Assembly (NCBI GenBank): GCA_050084985.1
Contig: JBITNC010000002.1
Span: 37,696,001 to 37,760,000, forward strand
Source: Nageia nagi
Taxonomy: Eukaryota; Plantae; Pinophyta
Direction of reading: 5' to 3'
Length of the DNA: 64,000 nt
A program made the position numbers and the translations under genes. Each line of letters begins with the position of its first letter. The first letter of the stretch is position 1. A model generated the notes under the pieces. That model did no database searches and was not told where the DNA came from. It was given only the letters and a program-made list of their open reading frames with translations. Shown in pieces: positions 12,781 through 26,969 of this stretch.

Positions 12781-14384
12781 AACAATATTTTAGAAATAAG
12801 TTCCAATGACAATCTGTTCACAAAGATGGTCTATTTATTTATAAGTGTAAAGCGGCAGTGATTTGTTGTAGTCATTTGGGCCTTATTTTTTTGATAGTTC
12901 TTATGTTCTACATAGTACTCTGAGAACTATTACATTCACCATTTACTTGTACATTATAGATTGTCTTGTAAAGAAGCATGTTTTGTCTTTTGTCGGCAAT
13001 ATTGCTTCAGTGCTTTTGCTCAGATTCTATCATATTTTGTCTCACTTAACTGATTTATAAGATAGAAACTAATAAAGTGCTTCGGTTTATACTGGTACCT
13101 GCCATTCGTTTGAACTCTGTTGTATATAGTTATTTTTCATATGTTAGATGTCCCATGAATTTTCACTATAATCTTTAATAGGAGATACGATAGCAAAATT
13201 AGAATGACTGGATCTGGAATATTTCATTGTATTTTTTACTAAAAAAGAATAAGTCTATGTTACGTGTATTTTCTCCAGCTTTTTGTGAATGTACTATCCT
13301 CTTTGATAGGAAATTAGAATAAAACTAGAATGATCAGATCCTGAAAATTTCATTGTATTTTTAACTAAAAAGAATAAGCTTACTTATTTTGATCTTATTC
13401 TTTACTTACAACAAGCTACATGTGGCTTGTACGGTGAAACAATTAATTTATCTAGTGATGAATTCTAGCTACAAAGTGATAGTACAGTATTCTAACCGAA
13501 TGAGATTCTTTTGCTTGTTTGATGTTAGATCTATGCATTTAATGGACTTTAAGACCATATAAAACTTTGTTAAAGCAATTAATTAGTGATACTTCTTTTT
13601 CAACTTATGTTTTAGAGGCTATGCATGGTCGTAATTCCTTAGCGGGATAGTATTATTTGTCTCCAGGAATGTGTATATGAAGTGGAGAAATTTTCCAACA
13701 GTTGTGGGTTGGCCAATATTCTGTAGATAGTAATGAGTTGAAGATGAAAGGGTATTATGACAAGAATTTTCAACCTACTAAGAAAGACAAGACCATAAAG
13801 CTTAAGTTTAGTAGTTGAGTCTTACATCTTGTGTTATAGCGTCAAATCTGTAGTATTATTTCCTCTTTATCCAGAAACAAAAATTTGATATGATAAGGTT
13901 CATCAATTAAAGTTTGCAAGTGAAGGAAATGGAAAAGTCATCCTAAGGCCTTAGGGAGTCAAAAGGTTTTAAATATATATTTCAGACATTGATATATATG
14001 ATAATCTAGAGCCCACAAAAATAGCAAATGAAAAAGTGTTGTTTTTCAATATGGAAGGTGAAATGCCGCTGAAGGACAGAGGTATGGGAACTATTATCTC
14101 CTCTCAAAAGAAAAGAATTTAAAAAGCTGAGATTTGAGAGAGAAAACTCCAGGAAAGATTTGGGGCTTCTGAATACGGAGAACAGTAATTTTGAAGTGTT
14201 TTGTTTAGGTTTACTTTTGCTGTGGGTGTTTTAGTGAATTCTAATCTCCTACCAAAAGATTAAAAAAAAAAAAAACTGAGATTTGGGAGAGAAAACTCTC
14301 AGAAGGATTTGGGGCATTTGAACATGGAAGATAGTAATTATGAAGTGATTTGTTCTGAATCTTCTGGTTTACTTTTGCAGTGTG

Positions 14385-14822
14385 TCTTTAGATTGAACTT
14401 GTGCTGCAAGATAAAGAAGAGATATCTTCAGCATTACTTCAGTTGCAAGACGAAGATGCAATATCTTAAGGTTTTCTTCTACTGCAAGATGAAGAAGAGA
14501 TATCGTCAAGATTGCTTGTGCTGTAGATGAAGAGACATCATTAGGATTAGTTTTGTTGCAAGATGATCTAATATTTTTAGGTTTGCTTTTTCTACAAGAT
14601 AAAGTAGGCATATCTTTAGGGTTGCTTTTGCTACAAGATGAGGAAGATGCATCTTTAGAATTGCTTCTTGTGTAAGATGAAGAAGATATATCTTAAGAAT
14701 TACTTTTATTGCAAGACAAAGAATGGATATCTTTAGGGTTGCTTCTATTGCAATATGAGGAAGAATTATCTTTAAGGTTTCTTACATTGCGAGATGAGGA
14801 AGAGATACATTTATAGCTGCTA
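14385..14822. repeat. 39-bp minisatellite, ~11 degenerate copies
   Basis: GCAAGAT-like anchor at 14406, 14445, 14484, 14523, 14558, 14594, 14633, 14672, 14711, 14750 and 14789. Confidence 0.85.
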
Positions 14823-15299
14823 CGTTTAAGTCTGATTATAACTTTCAGATGGTTGGAGTTTGAGATTAAGTTGCTACATATGCTATCTTGGTTGTTTCTT
14901 CTCTAGATGAAAGAGAAGGAGAAATTCAGGATCAACCAGATTTTGCATCCAATTGTAATTGGGAAGGTTTGAAATCTGTAAGCATGATTTTTGATCATCT
15001 TTTCCTCATCTGGTAGAGTAAAATTAGTTTCTAGTATTTGATTAATCTTTATTTTTCTGATTGTTGGGAATGTTTGACTACATGGCATGGTTGCTTGTGC
15101 GTCCAACTAAGCAAGTCTTAGGCTTACGGCCTTACAATGACTAGAGGATTTACTTCTTGTGAATCCTCCAATATCACATTATGATTAGGGAAAAGACTAA
15201 CCCACTAATTAACAACTTTTAAACCTTTCCTATTAAATGAAGATCCTTCCTTGTTTACTCTCTTTCTTTTCTGTGTTCTTCTTGACAAGGCCCCTTATT

Positions 15300-15960
15300 G
15301 TGCACCCAATTGTTGTTTAGGTTGTTGCTCATCTCTATGAGGTCTGAGGCCAATATTATTGCCTCCTCCGAGAATCCAACAGCTTGCTTGTCATTTTCTC
15401 CAATATTTAGACCAGCGCTACCTGGCTCTCTTTTTTTGAGAGGTCTTCCTCCGAAGTTGCCTTCTCGAGCGAGCACAACACCCGATCGAGGTCCAGCTCA
15501 TCACATCATTCTTTTGAGCTTCCTTTCTGGAAGGGGCTTTCAGAAGACATCGAGATGAACGTACTCAGCCACTTTGATAGACCAGGAGACGTATCCAACA
15601 CACCTCGGCCACCTTGACTTGTCAAATCACATCGTTCTTTTCGACCATTAACAATACCACAAACATATCTTGCATAGTTCATCGAGATCCATCTCCGGAG
15701 CAGAGAGTACTGCCATACTCTCCCCCTAGAGAGGCCTAGGATGGCCTCCCTTTGGTGGTTCCAAATGCTGTATCCCCTTCCTCTTAGGGTTGGGACCTCT
15801 ATGTGGTTGTATTTGCTTATATCATTCTCTATGCTTTAGGTTTTTCTTAGTTGCTGCCTATTTTTTTGGGGCTTTGCTGGCACTATGTGCATGATTGTAC
15901 TTGACAATCCCATTTACCACTTTTGGCCATCTGTGGACATTAATATACTTTTTTTTTCTC
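15300..15960 (+). mobile_element. Second 3' fragment of the RTEX-like LINE family
   Basis: The YEV*GQYYCLL...DQRYLALF remnant parallels YEIRG*YYCLF...DQRCLVLY at about 9685-9785. Same 3' end CTTTTGGCCAT..TGGACATTAATATA. Confidence 0.65.
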
Positions 15961-18900
15961 CACACTAAAGTGTTTGCTTTGTCCACTTCTCCGTATGTTC
16001 CATCTGGTATCTTGGTTCACTAACAAGTAGGCAACAACCAATTTCTTGATGTGTTGAATATGACACTGCTTTTGCAAGCATTAAAAACCAAGACCTTTTG
16101 TGGGGTCTCTGCCAGTTGGTATAGCACTTTTGGACAGCACAATCTAGGCTCTTTATATTGAAGTTTCTTTGGATCAATCTGTGAGATCTTTTCAATTTGC
16201 TTGTCCATATCCTTAGGAAGTTTTATAACAGAGTCATCAATAAGTAATAACTAAGTTAACAACCCCATAATTCTTGCTTTCTTATAAATTTCAGTGATAT
16301 TATCATTGTATTGCTCTCCAGTCAGAGCAAGAGATCCCTATGATTGTATTAAAGCATATAGCACTTCGTTGATTCGTTAAATAAATTAATATGGTCAGAT
16401 GGAGAAACCCTCTTTATCAAGCAATGGGAGATAACCATCAACTCTAGCCTCCCTCAATCTTATGAGCTCTTTAGGTCACTCAATAAATTGTTCCAGAAAA
16501 GAGGGACCATTATCAAAAGTATCATGATTCCCTTAGATGAACTGCAGAGCAATCTTTGGTCCTTGTGGGCTATGTTTCTCTTGATGTAATTCCCTAGTGC
16601 GTGATTATTGAATTCTTCACTACCTTACTGGTTGTATCATTGGCATGAATTTGATGTGTATCATATGGGATCCAGGGGAGCTTATAGAATCCCATGCTAG
16701 CTATCATGTTGATTGCTAACATATAGGCCTTATTATATGCTATATGCCCACTAGTTTTGGGTTGTCTCCACCATTCTTTTGCATCCGTTGTGCTTCCATT
16801 CATGTATTTCATCTCATTATCTACTTGTCTGATGATTTCCCAACAAACAAGGATATTAGCTACAAACACAAGGAGATCTTTGGGAGGTGATTTGGATCCA
16901 CACAACCAATGATATCACCTACAAACACAAGAAGAGCTTTGGGAGGTGATTTGCATCCACAGAGTCTGACATGCACATGCTCACACACACACACACACAC
17001 TTTGGAGTATAAAACCAGTCACCTATTTGGGAGTCTTTTAAGAAGTCTATGGCATGTTTAGGGAACCTAGGTGGAGGATGTCCAAATGAGAAATGGCAAA
17101 CTTGAGCTGAAAATTATCAATGAAATTATGGTAACCTGCCATTGTTTCATCCAAATGGATTGCCTCAGTCAACTTTTGCATAGGAATGGAGAAATCCTTC
17201 TTAATATGAAGCTTTGCAAGGTATCTGTCTGGCATATTAGCACGGAAAGTATGGACTAACAGGGAATAGTAATTGAAGGGACCTTCTTAATGAATCTGGA
17301 TAAACATTAACTGTTCATGCATTTTGTTTGAAAGACAAGTATCATTTGTAAAGAAACATACAATTCTTGGACCCAAAGTACATATAAAAGGTAAGATTAT
17401 GTTTGTGGACCACTTTTAATCTTTTTTTCCTAACAACTTTGAGACCATGTCAATTGTGTCCTTAGACTATGGTCTAGTGTCAGTAATACGATAAAGAGAT
17501 TTCTCACCAACCAAAGATTTCTAAAGGTGCAATATGATAGTCAAGGAACATGATCTGTGACATTAACTAGGGTTCCAAAGAAATTGCTCAACATTAACTG
17601 CTTGGGTTTTTGTGTGTCCATATTTTATACCTAAAACACTTAAGGCTTTTATTATTATCTATGTAGACACCAGGTTGGTTGGGGTAATAATTGATTTAAA
17701 GCTTGGATTATACTTCTTGGCTGTCCAAAACACCATTTAAGGTAGGAAATAACATCAGGGCAAGTCAGCTTACCAGTACCAGAAGTCCAACTGTTGCAGT
17801 TCACCGTCTGGAGCTCTTATGTTCAGCAATCTGTATGCTCATCAAAACCATAATTTGGAACTGGTCTGAGTCTTTGTTTCATGGAAAAGTTCATAGTCTT
17901 TGATAAAATCATTGTCTATCCTTTGCCTTTTGAGTTTTTGAACATTTGCTGCAGGACGTAATGACTAGGGCTTTTTATGACCAGTTTGTCCTTTCTTTGA
18001 TACCTTTTCACGGTGGATATAAAAAGAAGACGAGGATGATGCCATTTGAGTTTTGATCCAAAACTTCTGACTTCTGAGCACTAAATTTCACTAACAGATG
18101 ATATTCTCATTCACCTGTACCATGTGGTTGTATAAGGACAAGATCAATTAGAGGCTCAATTGACTTAATTATTTCTCAACTTTAATGGTGATTAGGAAAA
18201 TTCGGAATGTAAGAATATAAGCCTTAACATACCCATGAAGGTAGAATTGAAATCATTATTCAATATTGATTATAGACAAATAAATGAAACTTTATGTGGG
18301 CAGTTAATTTGGGCTTTGATCTGGCCCAATCTTCTGTAATGCAGAAAATATAGTTTGTAGATTGATGATTGCATTTGAGTTTACTGGTGTGAGCGAAGCT
18401 AAGAGGGGTCTTATGTATGTAAAGGGGAGTTCGGATTATTGCACTGAAATTATGAAGAATAATAAATTTGGCTGGACAAGGTATATACTCTTCATAATAT
18501 GTAGTTAATCATATATTTAGTTGTTGGTGCCATGATTGGGTGCACTCCTCTATATTCATGCAACTGTATATCAACTGACTTGCTTACTCTTTCATCAACC
18601 TCTATAGTTTATTCTACTATATGATATGTATTCATTATGTTCTTAAGTCATGTATTTTGTTAGTGGAACCTTTTAGGTCTACTACATGTGACATTTTCAG
18701 TTTTTTGCCTAAGAGTAGTGGTTGAAGGTTTGGTACTTCAAATTATAGTCTATGACTAACCTCAAGCTTTTGGCCCAGTTTTTCTTGGTTTGTGATCCTC
18801 TTTGTATTTTATGGTCAAAATAAGAAAAAAAAAAAGACGAACGAACAAAAAAAAAAAAACAGATTAAAAAGAAAGAAAATATTGAAAATTATGTTTTGAA

Positions 18901-20374
18901 TAATTTTTTCTATATATATTATCCACTATTAAAATACATATATACAACAAATGTCAAGAATTGTCAATAATTAGGTGTGTATTATTGTGTGTAGGAAAAT
19001 AACCATACGTAAAAATAGGATTAATCTCTACAGCTCATTCAGGTATAATAATTTGATATAAACTAGTTTAGATATCTTAAATATATATCTACAAAATGCC
19101 AAGAGGTATCATTTTCAAGGTATCTATCTTAAATATCTTTAAACTTTATATAAATTATTATTAAATAAAAATATAACAAAAATTATAAATAAAAATGCAA
19201 TAAATATCTTACACATTATTTATAAAAAATATTACATAACAATAATTAAATATGAAACAAAAATTAAATATAAAAAAAAGAGTTGTGGATTACTTTTTTA
19301 ATGTCTCTCCCTCATCTACTGCTCTCATAAATAAACAAATCAATCAATCAATGAGTGAGTGAGATAAGGGTCGATTAGTGGTTGAACAACATATATTCTA
19401 TTCCTCCTCGCCGCTCCCCTCCCCTTGCCTCCCCTCCCCTCCCCTCTTACTAGAGCAATACGGCTTATTCTTATTATTTTTTTAAAATGTTTAATTATTT
19501 ATTTAAATGTTTTAATTATTTTTTAAATATAATTGAACTATTATAATTCCTAATATATTAGAGTTAATTTTTATAATATTAAATTTATTAATTGGCTAAT
19601 TTTTATTTTTATTTTTAAAAAAAGTTCGATAGCTGGACATTTGGGTCCTTGGTCCCCCATTGCAGGAGACCTCTCGGCGTAAATATATGACACTGAACAT
19701 GGATATTTGGCATACACAAATAAAAAATTATAGGCATTTAATGTAAGGAAGTGTTGTTGGTTACTTATGTGAATTTTTACCCTTAAAAGACAATGGTGCA
19801 TTTGTTAGACCCCATAACCATGTTGTGCATCTTGTGATTTTGTTGCAAAATCTTGGAACCATATTATCTCTGTAAATCTTTTGCAATAAATTAGAAATAG
19901 AAAACCAATTTCAAAATGTACAAAACAAGGTTAAATGAACAGAGTGTAAAGTGATTTAATAGTTAAAATAAGATGCACAAGCTAAGCTAAGTTCAGAAGA
20001 CATGGCTTGGCTTGAGCAGCCACAAACTTGTTTAGAATATATGATGGAAGCACTTTGGCTTGTCAAGTCTGTTTTAGGATCAGCCTGAAATCGTTTGCTC
20101 GATAAAGAAATAACATTGATTTGATTTCTTAAAGATTTCTCTTGATTGATACGTACAACACAGAATGTGATGATTCAATGTGTAAATGGCCTTTGTTTTT
20201 ATGTGATTTTATACATGGTTTAAAAATTCAAATCTGGAGGCCATTTCCCAAAGTTAACTGTGTAGCCTAGGCTTAATGTTCTAGACATTAAATGAAATTC
20301 AAAGACAAATTTAATTATTTTGAAATTAATTTTGGTCTACAATGCGATCATGCTATTCCTTAACTACATTCCAA

Positions 20375-20580
20375 AATAACTTGACATTTGAGTAAATGAT
20401 GAAATAGACTCAAAATTTAATAACTTGTCATTTTGGTAAATCAGGAAATAGACTCAAAATTTAATAACTTGTCATTTTAGTAAATCATGAAATAAACTCA
20501 AAATTTAATAACTCGACATTTGAGTAAATCATTAAATAAACTCAAAATTTGCATATTTTTGGGTAAATGATAAAAAAGAC
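20375..20580. repeat. 44-bp tandem repeat, 4 full copies plus a partial
   Basis: AATAACTTGACATTTGAGTAAATGATGAAATAGACTCAAAATTT-like units at 20375, 20419, 20463 and 20507. Possibly within a decayed LTR (TGTTA 19803...TAACA 20606). Confidence 0.85.
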
Positions 20581-20841
20581 CTAATAAATATTAAATCTAG
20601 TTAACATTATTTATAACTTTAAATCTTATTTATATTTTGATAATAAAAACTCAATTATTGAAAGATATAAACAAATATTAAAGACCAACTAAACATTAGA
20701 AATCAGCAAGCACACTATAAGAGAATAGCCAAAAAATAACTTAGAAAAACACGGATTTAACATGGAAAATCTTGCAATATGCAACAAAAAACCACAGGGA
20801 AAATGTCAACTTTAGTCGTTATTACTTTCAAACTTTCACCA

Positions 20842-21980
20842 TATAATGTCCCAAAATATTTTAATTTATATTTTGTTGTGTTTGTGGGCTTCTAGGGGGT
20901 GGGTTAGTGTGTTTTGAGAAGTTATATTGTTAGTATAAGTGTTTAGGGAGTTGGTTATGTATTTAGAATAGTTTTGTGACAAGAAAAAAGTTATTAAATA
21001 ATGTCATTGACTTGGTACACGTTTTTAGCTTGATGGTTGGGATGATAAGGCAATATTTAAATGTCTCTATTATTTGTAACTGCCATTTTGGCAAAAGTAA
21101 CTGTTATGAGGTCAAAGTCTAAGGTATTAATTAATGCTTTTGTAACTGCCATAGGAAAGGATTTGTAACTGTTATGAGACAGACTTTTGTAACTGTTAAA
21201 GGCTTAAATTAAGAGTTACATGACTATTTAAAATGAAGAGTTGGTCATTTGGAGGGTTGAATTTGGAAGAGCTTTGCTCCTTTGGACTCTTGCATTCTGC
21301 TGGATTATTTTTGGGGTTCCCATTGAAGATCAATTCAATGGAGGCTTGAAGGATCAGATCCTAGAGCTATCTACCCAATTGGATCTGACCAATCCACATC
21401 AGGGTTGGTGATTTGGGCTTGATTTGAGGAGCATCATTGAAGCTGAATTGTAGATCTGCCTATTGGAGGGCAAGTTAGAAGTTTCTGAGCAAAGATCCAG
21501 CCTTTGGAGGCTATTGGAGTAATACGTCAGCCTTGAGAGGATTGTTGGTAGGTTATAAGGGCCAGAACTATCAAGGGAGCCATGTTCATCCAGTATTGGC
21601 ACAATTTTGGGCATATCAGCCTTTGTTTAGCAAGATAGAGGCTTGAGGGTGTTATTTGCTGAGATATTCGATTGAGGACAACTCTGAGAAATCTGTCCAA
21701 CAGTCACCTAGCTTGGAGACAATAATACCGCTGTTCGTCTAGTTCTTGTGGGGTTTGTTTTGAGTTTTGAAGGTGTTACAGCTGTTTGAACAGCTCTTTG
21801 CGGTGTGTTTAGTAATCTATAGTTGTCTTGCTTACATACAATTGTAATGCATTGTCTCTGTTACCTATAATTTGCTGTAGTTGAAAGCTTTCTTTATTGA
21901 AAAGATAAATATAAAAGAAATTAGATTTTGTCCTTTGGAATTATTATTGTTTTGTGTGCATTTGTATTTGGTGTGTTTCA
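20842..21980 (+). mobile_element. Solo LTR (~1.14 kb)
   Basis: Starts TATAATGTCCC (probably TG>TA mutated) and ends TTTCA. TSD CACCA at 20837-20841 and 21981-21985. Confidence 0.65.
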
Positions 21981-24334
21981 CACCATACCCAAATACGAGG
22001 TTTATCCCTTTTTATTAAAAAAATAGGAAGGTTCCAATTCGACCTGCTCTACATGTATTATTCTTAATAATAGTTGGGTGCTTAGCAATAGTCACGCATA
22101 TAATAATAGTTGCATGATTAATAATAGCTGTACGCCTAATAATAGCCATGCATATAATAATAGTCGCTAATAATAGCCGTGCGCTATCAAAAAATAACAA
22201 CTAAAATTAGCATTGTATGGACAGAAAAGTTGCAGCCCCCTGCAATCCCCTTCTACACCCAACGCAATAGGTTTGCATGGACGAGAATCATTAGGGGGCG
22301 CATCACCACACTGCCGCATCCATGCACCACCATTCAGAAGAACATTGGAGATCTCGATATTGACTTCACCTCCTAACACTAAAATGATAATAGAAAAATT
22401 AAAAAAACTTAGTTAATATATAAAATCTTCTGTAAGAACTTATTTAACTTATATTTAAAAGATTAAAGTTGTGTAATTTCACTTTCTAAAAAAGTTATCA
22501 TGATATACTTTAAAGTAATAGAAAACTAAAAGTTTTTAATTTCTTTTTAATTTATAGGGATTTATTTGAATATTATGTCGATGGCTCATGACCATGGTAG
22601 CATTGGAGCCTTCAAAACCCCTCTGTCATGTCTCCCATTGTAGGTTATATATATCTTGGTTTGCATATAAGTATTTAACATGTTTTTACAATTATTTGAT
22701 TTGGCTCTATCCCCTGATTACTGCCTGGCTGCTTGTGAAAACAAAAGAAAGGTCAGGCTTTGAACACCTCCAACAAGGTTTTCTCTAAATTCCAGTTCTC
22801 TTATAAGGGTGAGAAAATTGATATCAGTATAGTCTATACAAGCAAAGGAGTCCAATTTATAGGTCCTTTCAGTACCCTAATCATGACTTTGATATGCCTT
22901 CTTCCCACTAGAGTTATGATGCTTCCAACTTCACTTTCAAGGTTTTCCAATGAAGATGCACCTCTTTGACTGTTTTAAACATATAATCCTCTAAATTTTC
23001 GAGGTTTGGGTTACATCTTGGGACATACAAAATGAACATTTATTGAGCATTTGCAAAACCTTTTTCTTTACTGGATGATCCCTTTTCTAGTAGACTCATT
23101 CTAACATGTACTGTACATGCTGAATTTTCCACCCAACCTCTTCCTTTCGAGAGGATCTTCCTTATCCATAGAATATGATCCATGTGTGATAACATGACAA
23201 GTAGAGATTTCAAGTTCTTTGCCATTCAGAGATGGTTGCCTCCAAGAGCTTGGTAGTCACTTGCAGGACTGATTTGTAGAGGCTAGCTTTTATCTTCCAT
23301 TCCCTGGTATTTTCATAGTTTTAATTCCTCAATTCAGTCAAGTACTTCTTGAATGCTCCACCTTGCTTTTTATCTGATAAGAGGATGATCTAAATCAGTA
23401 TGGGAGGATATATACCATTGAAATAAGTACAATATGAAAAAATGCAAATGACTCAATAATAAATTAGGATTCACACACACTGAGTTACACTTATAATAGG
23501 GTGGATACCTATAGTATCTAAATATTCAATACCTATAGTACCATTGCCATACTGTTGAACTTCCCCCGCCTTTTCTCTTAATATCCTCACGTCCTTCCTC
23601 TTTACACATTGTTATCTGCCCCCTGCATGCATTGTCTACTTTTACATTCCACGGCTGTCTTTGTAGCTGATATCACATGCTCGTGGCCAGTTTTCACAAG
23701 GGCATCTAAAGGTGATATTCTTATATAGACTCTATGAATCTATGTCAGTGGCATACAACATTAACCAAATTTACTTAATTATATATGATAACCAGAAAAT
23801 CGATTTGGTTTTTGGTGTAGTTCTAATATTGTGTTTTCTTGCCTTGGAACTGATACAAAATCACTGATTGTAGATGTGTTAGACTTGTCAAACTTGTCAA
23901 GCTCCCAAAGATTTGTAGAAACTTTCATAGTGTTGGAAAGAGTTGAGAGTCTCGCTCTTTAGACTCGTTACACCTAACTTGGCCTGGGACTTGTAGAAAC
24001 GGATGTTCAAAACTTGATCAACTTCAAAATTTGTGAGTTAATTGTGAGTACTTATTTGATTGTCTTTTGAGATTACTTGCTAGTGTTTGTCTATTATGGT
24101 TTCAACGTTCAATTAATAAAGAAATGTAAACAACGCAATCAAGGAAACTTAAATGTAATGGCAAACATTGTGTGATATTCTTCAAGCCAATTACCTGTTT
24201 AATAAGTGTGAATCTGACACCAATAATTTAGCTATTCCCATAAATAAAGAACTTATGCTTACATTAGAGCACTGTTTCCATCTAGACTATCATTGAAGTT
24301 CTTTGTTTGGAATTATCTTGTGTTACTATTAAAT

Positions 24335-24489
24335 TAACATAGATATCTTAAATATATATCTACAAAATGCTGAGAGGTATCAATCTGAGGTGTCTATCTT
24401 ATTTCTTGGTGGTGTGATACGCAAGATAGACACCTCAAGATTGATACCTATCGATATTTTTTAGATATATACTTAAGATATCTATGCTA
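24335..24489. repeat. Foldback/MITE-like inverted repeat
   Basis: Arms of ~65 bp (CATAGATATCTTAA...GAGGTGTCTATCTT and its reverse complement) with a ~22-nt loop. A related single arm is at about 19068-19130. Confidence 0.85.
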
Positions 24490-24688
24490 GTATGTACATA
24501 TAATGGAAATAATAATAATAATATTATTAATATGTATATATCATCTAAACATAAATATTTCATCACCTATTACTTCTTAAAGTTATCTATTATCATCCTA
24601 AGAAAAAAGGAAGACAAAGCTGAAATGCAGAATTAAAAAGTAAAATCAATACAAAACAAAGCTGGTTTTATCCACTTACAGGCAGAAA

Positions 24689-25500
24689 AGATAGTGTCAA
24701 AGTTGGAAAACTTAGTTAGGGTACCTTACCTTATATCACTTCTTAAACTAAGCTCCCATGGACTAAGAGTTCAGATTTCCCAATATCAATAAACAATTTA
24801 CACTACAACTAAGCCCACATAGAGTAAGAGTTCATATTTCCCAATATCAATAAACAATCTACGCAATGTAGACCTTAGTTCTTTCCAGTTTATAGTGCAT
24901 AAAATTAAAAAACCAAATATTTTAAATCTCTCTAGAGGATCCAAGATTCCAAAGTGAAGAAAGATTATAGCTTCCTGAGTAAAAGGAATTGATGATTCAA
25001 CATTAATAGTAAGCCCCCTGTGCCGATTTCTTAATTTCACACATGATAAGCCAAGAAGGTAAAATCCACGGATAATACACCAAAAAGAAAACATGTAAGA
25101 TAGTGTTAAAGCTAGACAACTTAGTTAGGGTACCTAATATCACTACTTAAACTAAGCCTCCATGAAGTTAGAGTTCAGATTTCCTAATACCAATAAACAA
25201 TCTACACTAAAACTAAGCCCCCATGGAGTAAGAGTTCAGATTTCCCAATATCAGTAAACAATCTACAGAATGTAGCTTAGTTGATTTGGTCAAAGTTCTT
25301 TCCAGTTTTAGTGCATGAAATTGAAAAATCAAATATTTATTCAGATCTCTCTAGAGTATTCAAAGTGAAGAAAGATTATAGCTGCCTGAGTAGAAGGAAT
25401 TGATTCAACATAAATAGTAAGCTCCCCGTGCTGCTTTCTCAATTTCATACATGATAAACCAAGGTAAAATCAGCAAATAATACTCCATAAAAAAACATGT
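24689..25500. repeat. Tandem duplication, ~409-bp unit x2 with nested ~62-bp subrepeats
   Basis: AGATAGTGT(C/T)AAAG...CTTAGTTAGGGTACC at 24689 and 25098. AACTAAGC...AGAGTTCA.ATTTCC occurs twice per unit. Confidence 0.85.
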
Positions 25501-26969
25501 GAACACTTTCTGATTTTACATTTACTAAAATAACATTTAAATATTTAATATTTGGGCATTATGTTTTGGGTGTGTGATTTGACGACAAAGTGTCATGGCA
25601 TTCAAATTAAATAAATTCTGTATATATTTATAAGTGCAAAATCTAATCATTGTATATTGCAAATTAGCAATATAAAAAAGTTTTAAAAAATTATTTGTCC
25701 AGTGGATAAAATATGTGAATGAAAAGAACCGACTGAGATAAAAGATTTACGCAGGTGAAATATTTGACCAGGTAAAACATATGGATGAAAAAGACTTGGA
25801 AATATTTGTGCAGCAAAATAATGAAGTTCTTAAAAGAATTTAGAATTATCTGTTAGTGTTACAGATGAATTTGTAGTTGGATTTTTTAGGTTGTTTACAG
25901 TTTTTTAATACTTTACAAATGATTTGTAGCAGAAATTCTTTTTTCTGGTTACAGATGCTAGAACATACCGAGAATTTGTTTGTTATATTTTGCATGAAAT
26001 GGTTTCTTGTTTTTATATAAAAATTCTTCAATTTTTATAATATCGGCTTAATAAATTTTTTAGTTTTTAAAAATGTTTACAAATGCACATTTGAGTCCTC
26101 TTTCATGCTGTGGCTGTCATTGTTGGAACACCTTTTGGCGTAATTAAACTGCTTGTGGATGGACATTTGAGTGCTCTGCCATGCTGTGGCTGCCATTGTT
26201 GGAATGCCTTTTGGCATAATTATTGTTGATGTTTATCAAGATTCCTTAATTCTTCTTTTGGCATCAAAAAGTTTGGCTAAGGGACAAACCATAATACACA
26301 GGAGTCCATCTGTTTTACCATCGTGTCTTTGTCCTTCTTTCCGTGATAGATCATTATACTTTCTTCGATGCTCTCCTAAGGGTGCAGTGAAGGCCCAGTT
26401 ACATGTTAACATGATGACCTTACAATTCGGTGGATAGTGAGTGTGGCCAGCCTGCCTTTGGGAATTCCTCCACAATGAAATGCATAGCAAACATCTCTGT
26501 TGCCCCATCGTGTCTTTGTCATTCTTTCTGTGGCAGATTTTGTTTTTTTATCAATAGGGTTAATTTTGTATTAGTATAAAAGATGGAGTTTTAATCTCCA
26601 AAAACCTTTACAGTTAAGATTGTTCTTCATATTTCATTATGTGTCTTCATCAACATATTGTAGAGCTTCTATACATTTTCTTTTCATTCTTCTACCTATA
26701 GCTTGAACAAAAATCGAAGAGAATGCATCATTCCCTTATTTCCTAGAAAACAAAGCAGATTATAACATTAAATGAATACAAAACAAAATATATAGACGCC
26801 ATAGAAGTAGCTGTGGTTTTGCTACCAAAATACAAAACAAAATATATTGATGCCATAGTAGTAGCAGTGGTTTTTCTACCAAAATTCCTTACTACATATT
26901 GGAGCATAGTTTAGGGGTCTTCTCTTCTTTTCTCAGGTCCTCTCCTAACTGCATATAAGGCATACTGTC

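Noticed and set aside
14385-14822. CRISPR-like or telomeric array
   Set aside because: The units are contiguous with no unique spacers and no cas genes. TTTAGGG occurs only as isolated words.
13886-15176. Solo LTR with TGATA...TATCA ends
   Set aside because: No matching TSD and no second copy, so the boundaries are unsupported.
16594-16905. hAT dimerisation-domain remnant (DAKEWW)
   Set aside because: A single short motif; insufficient evidence.
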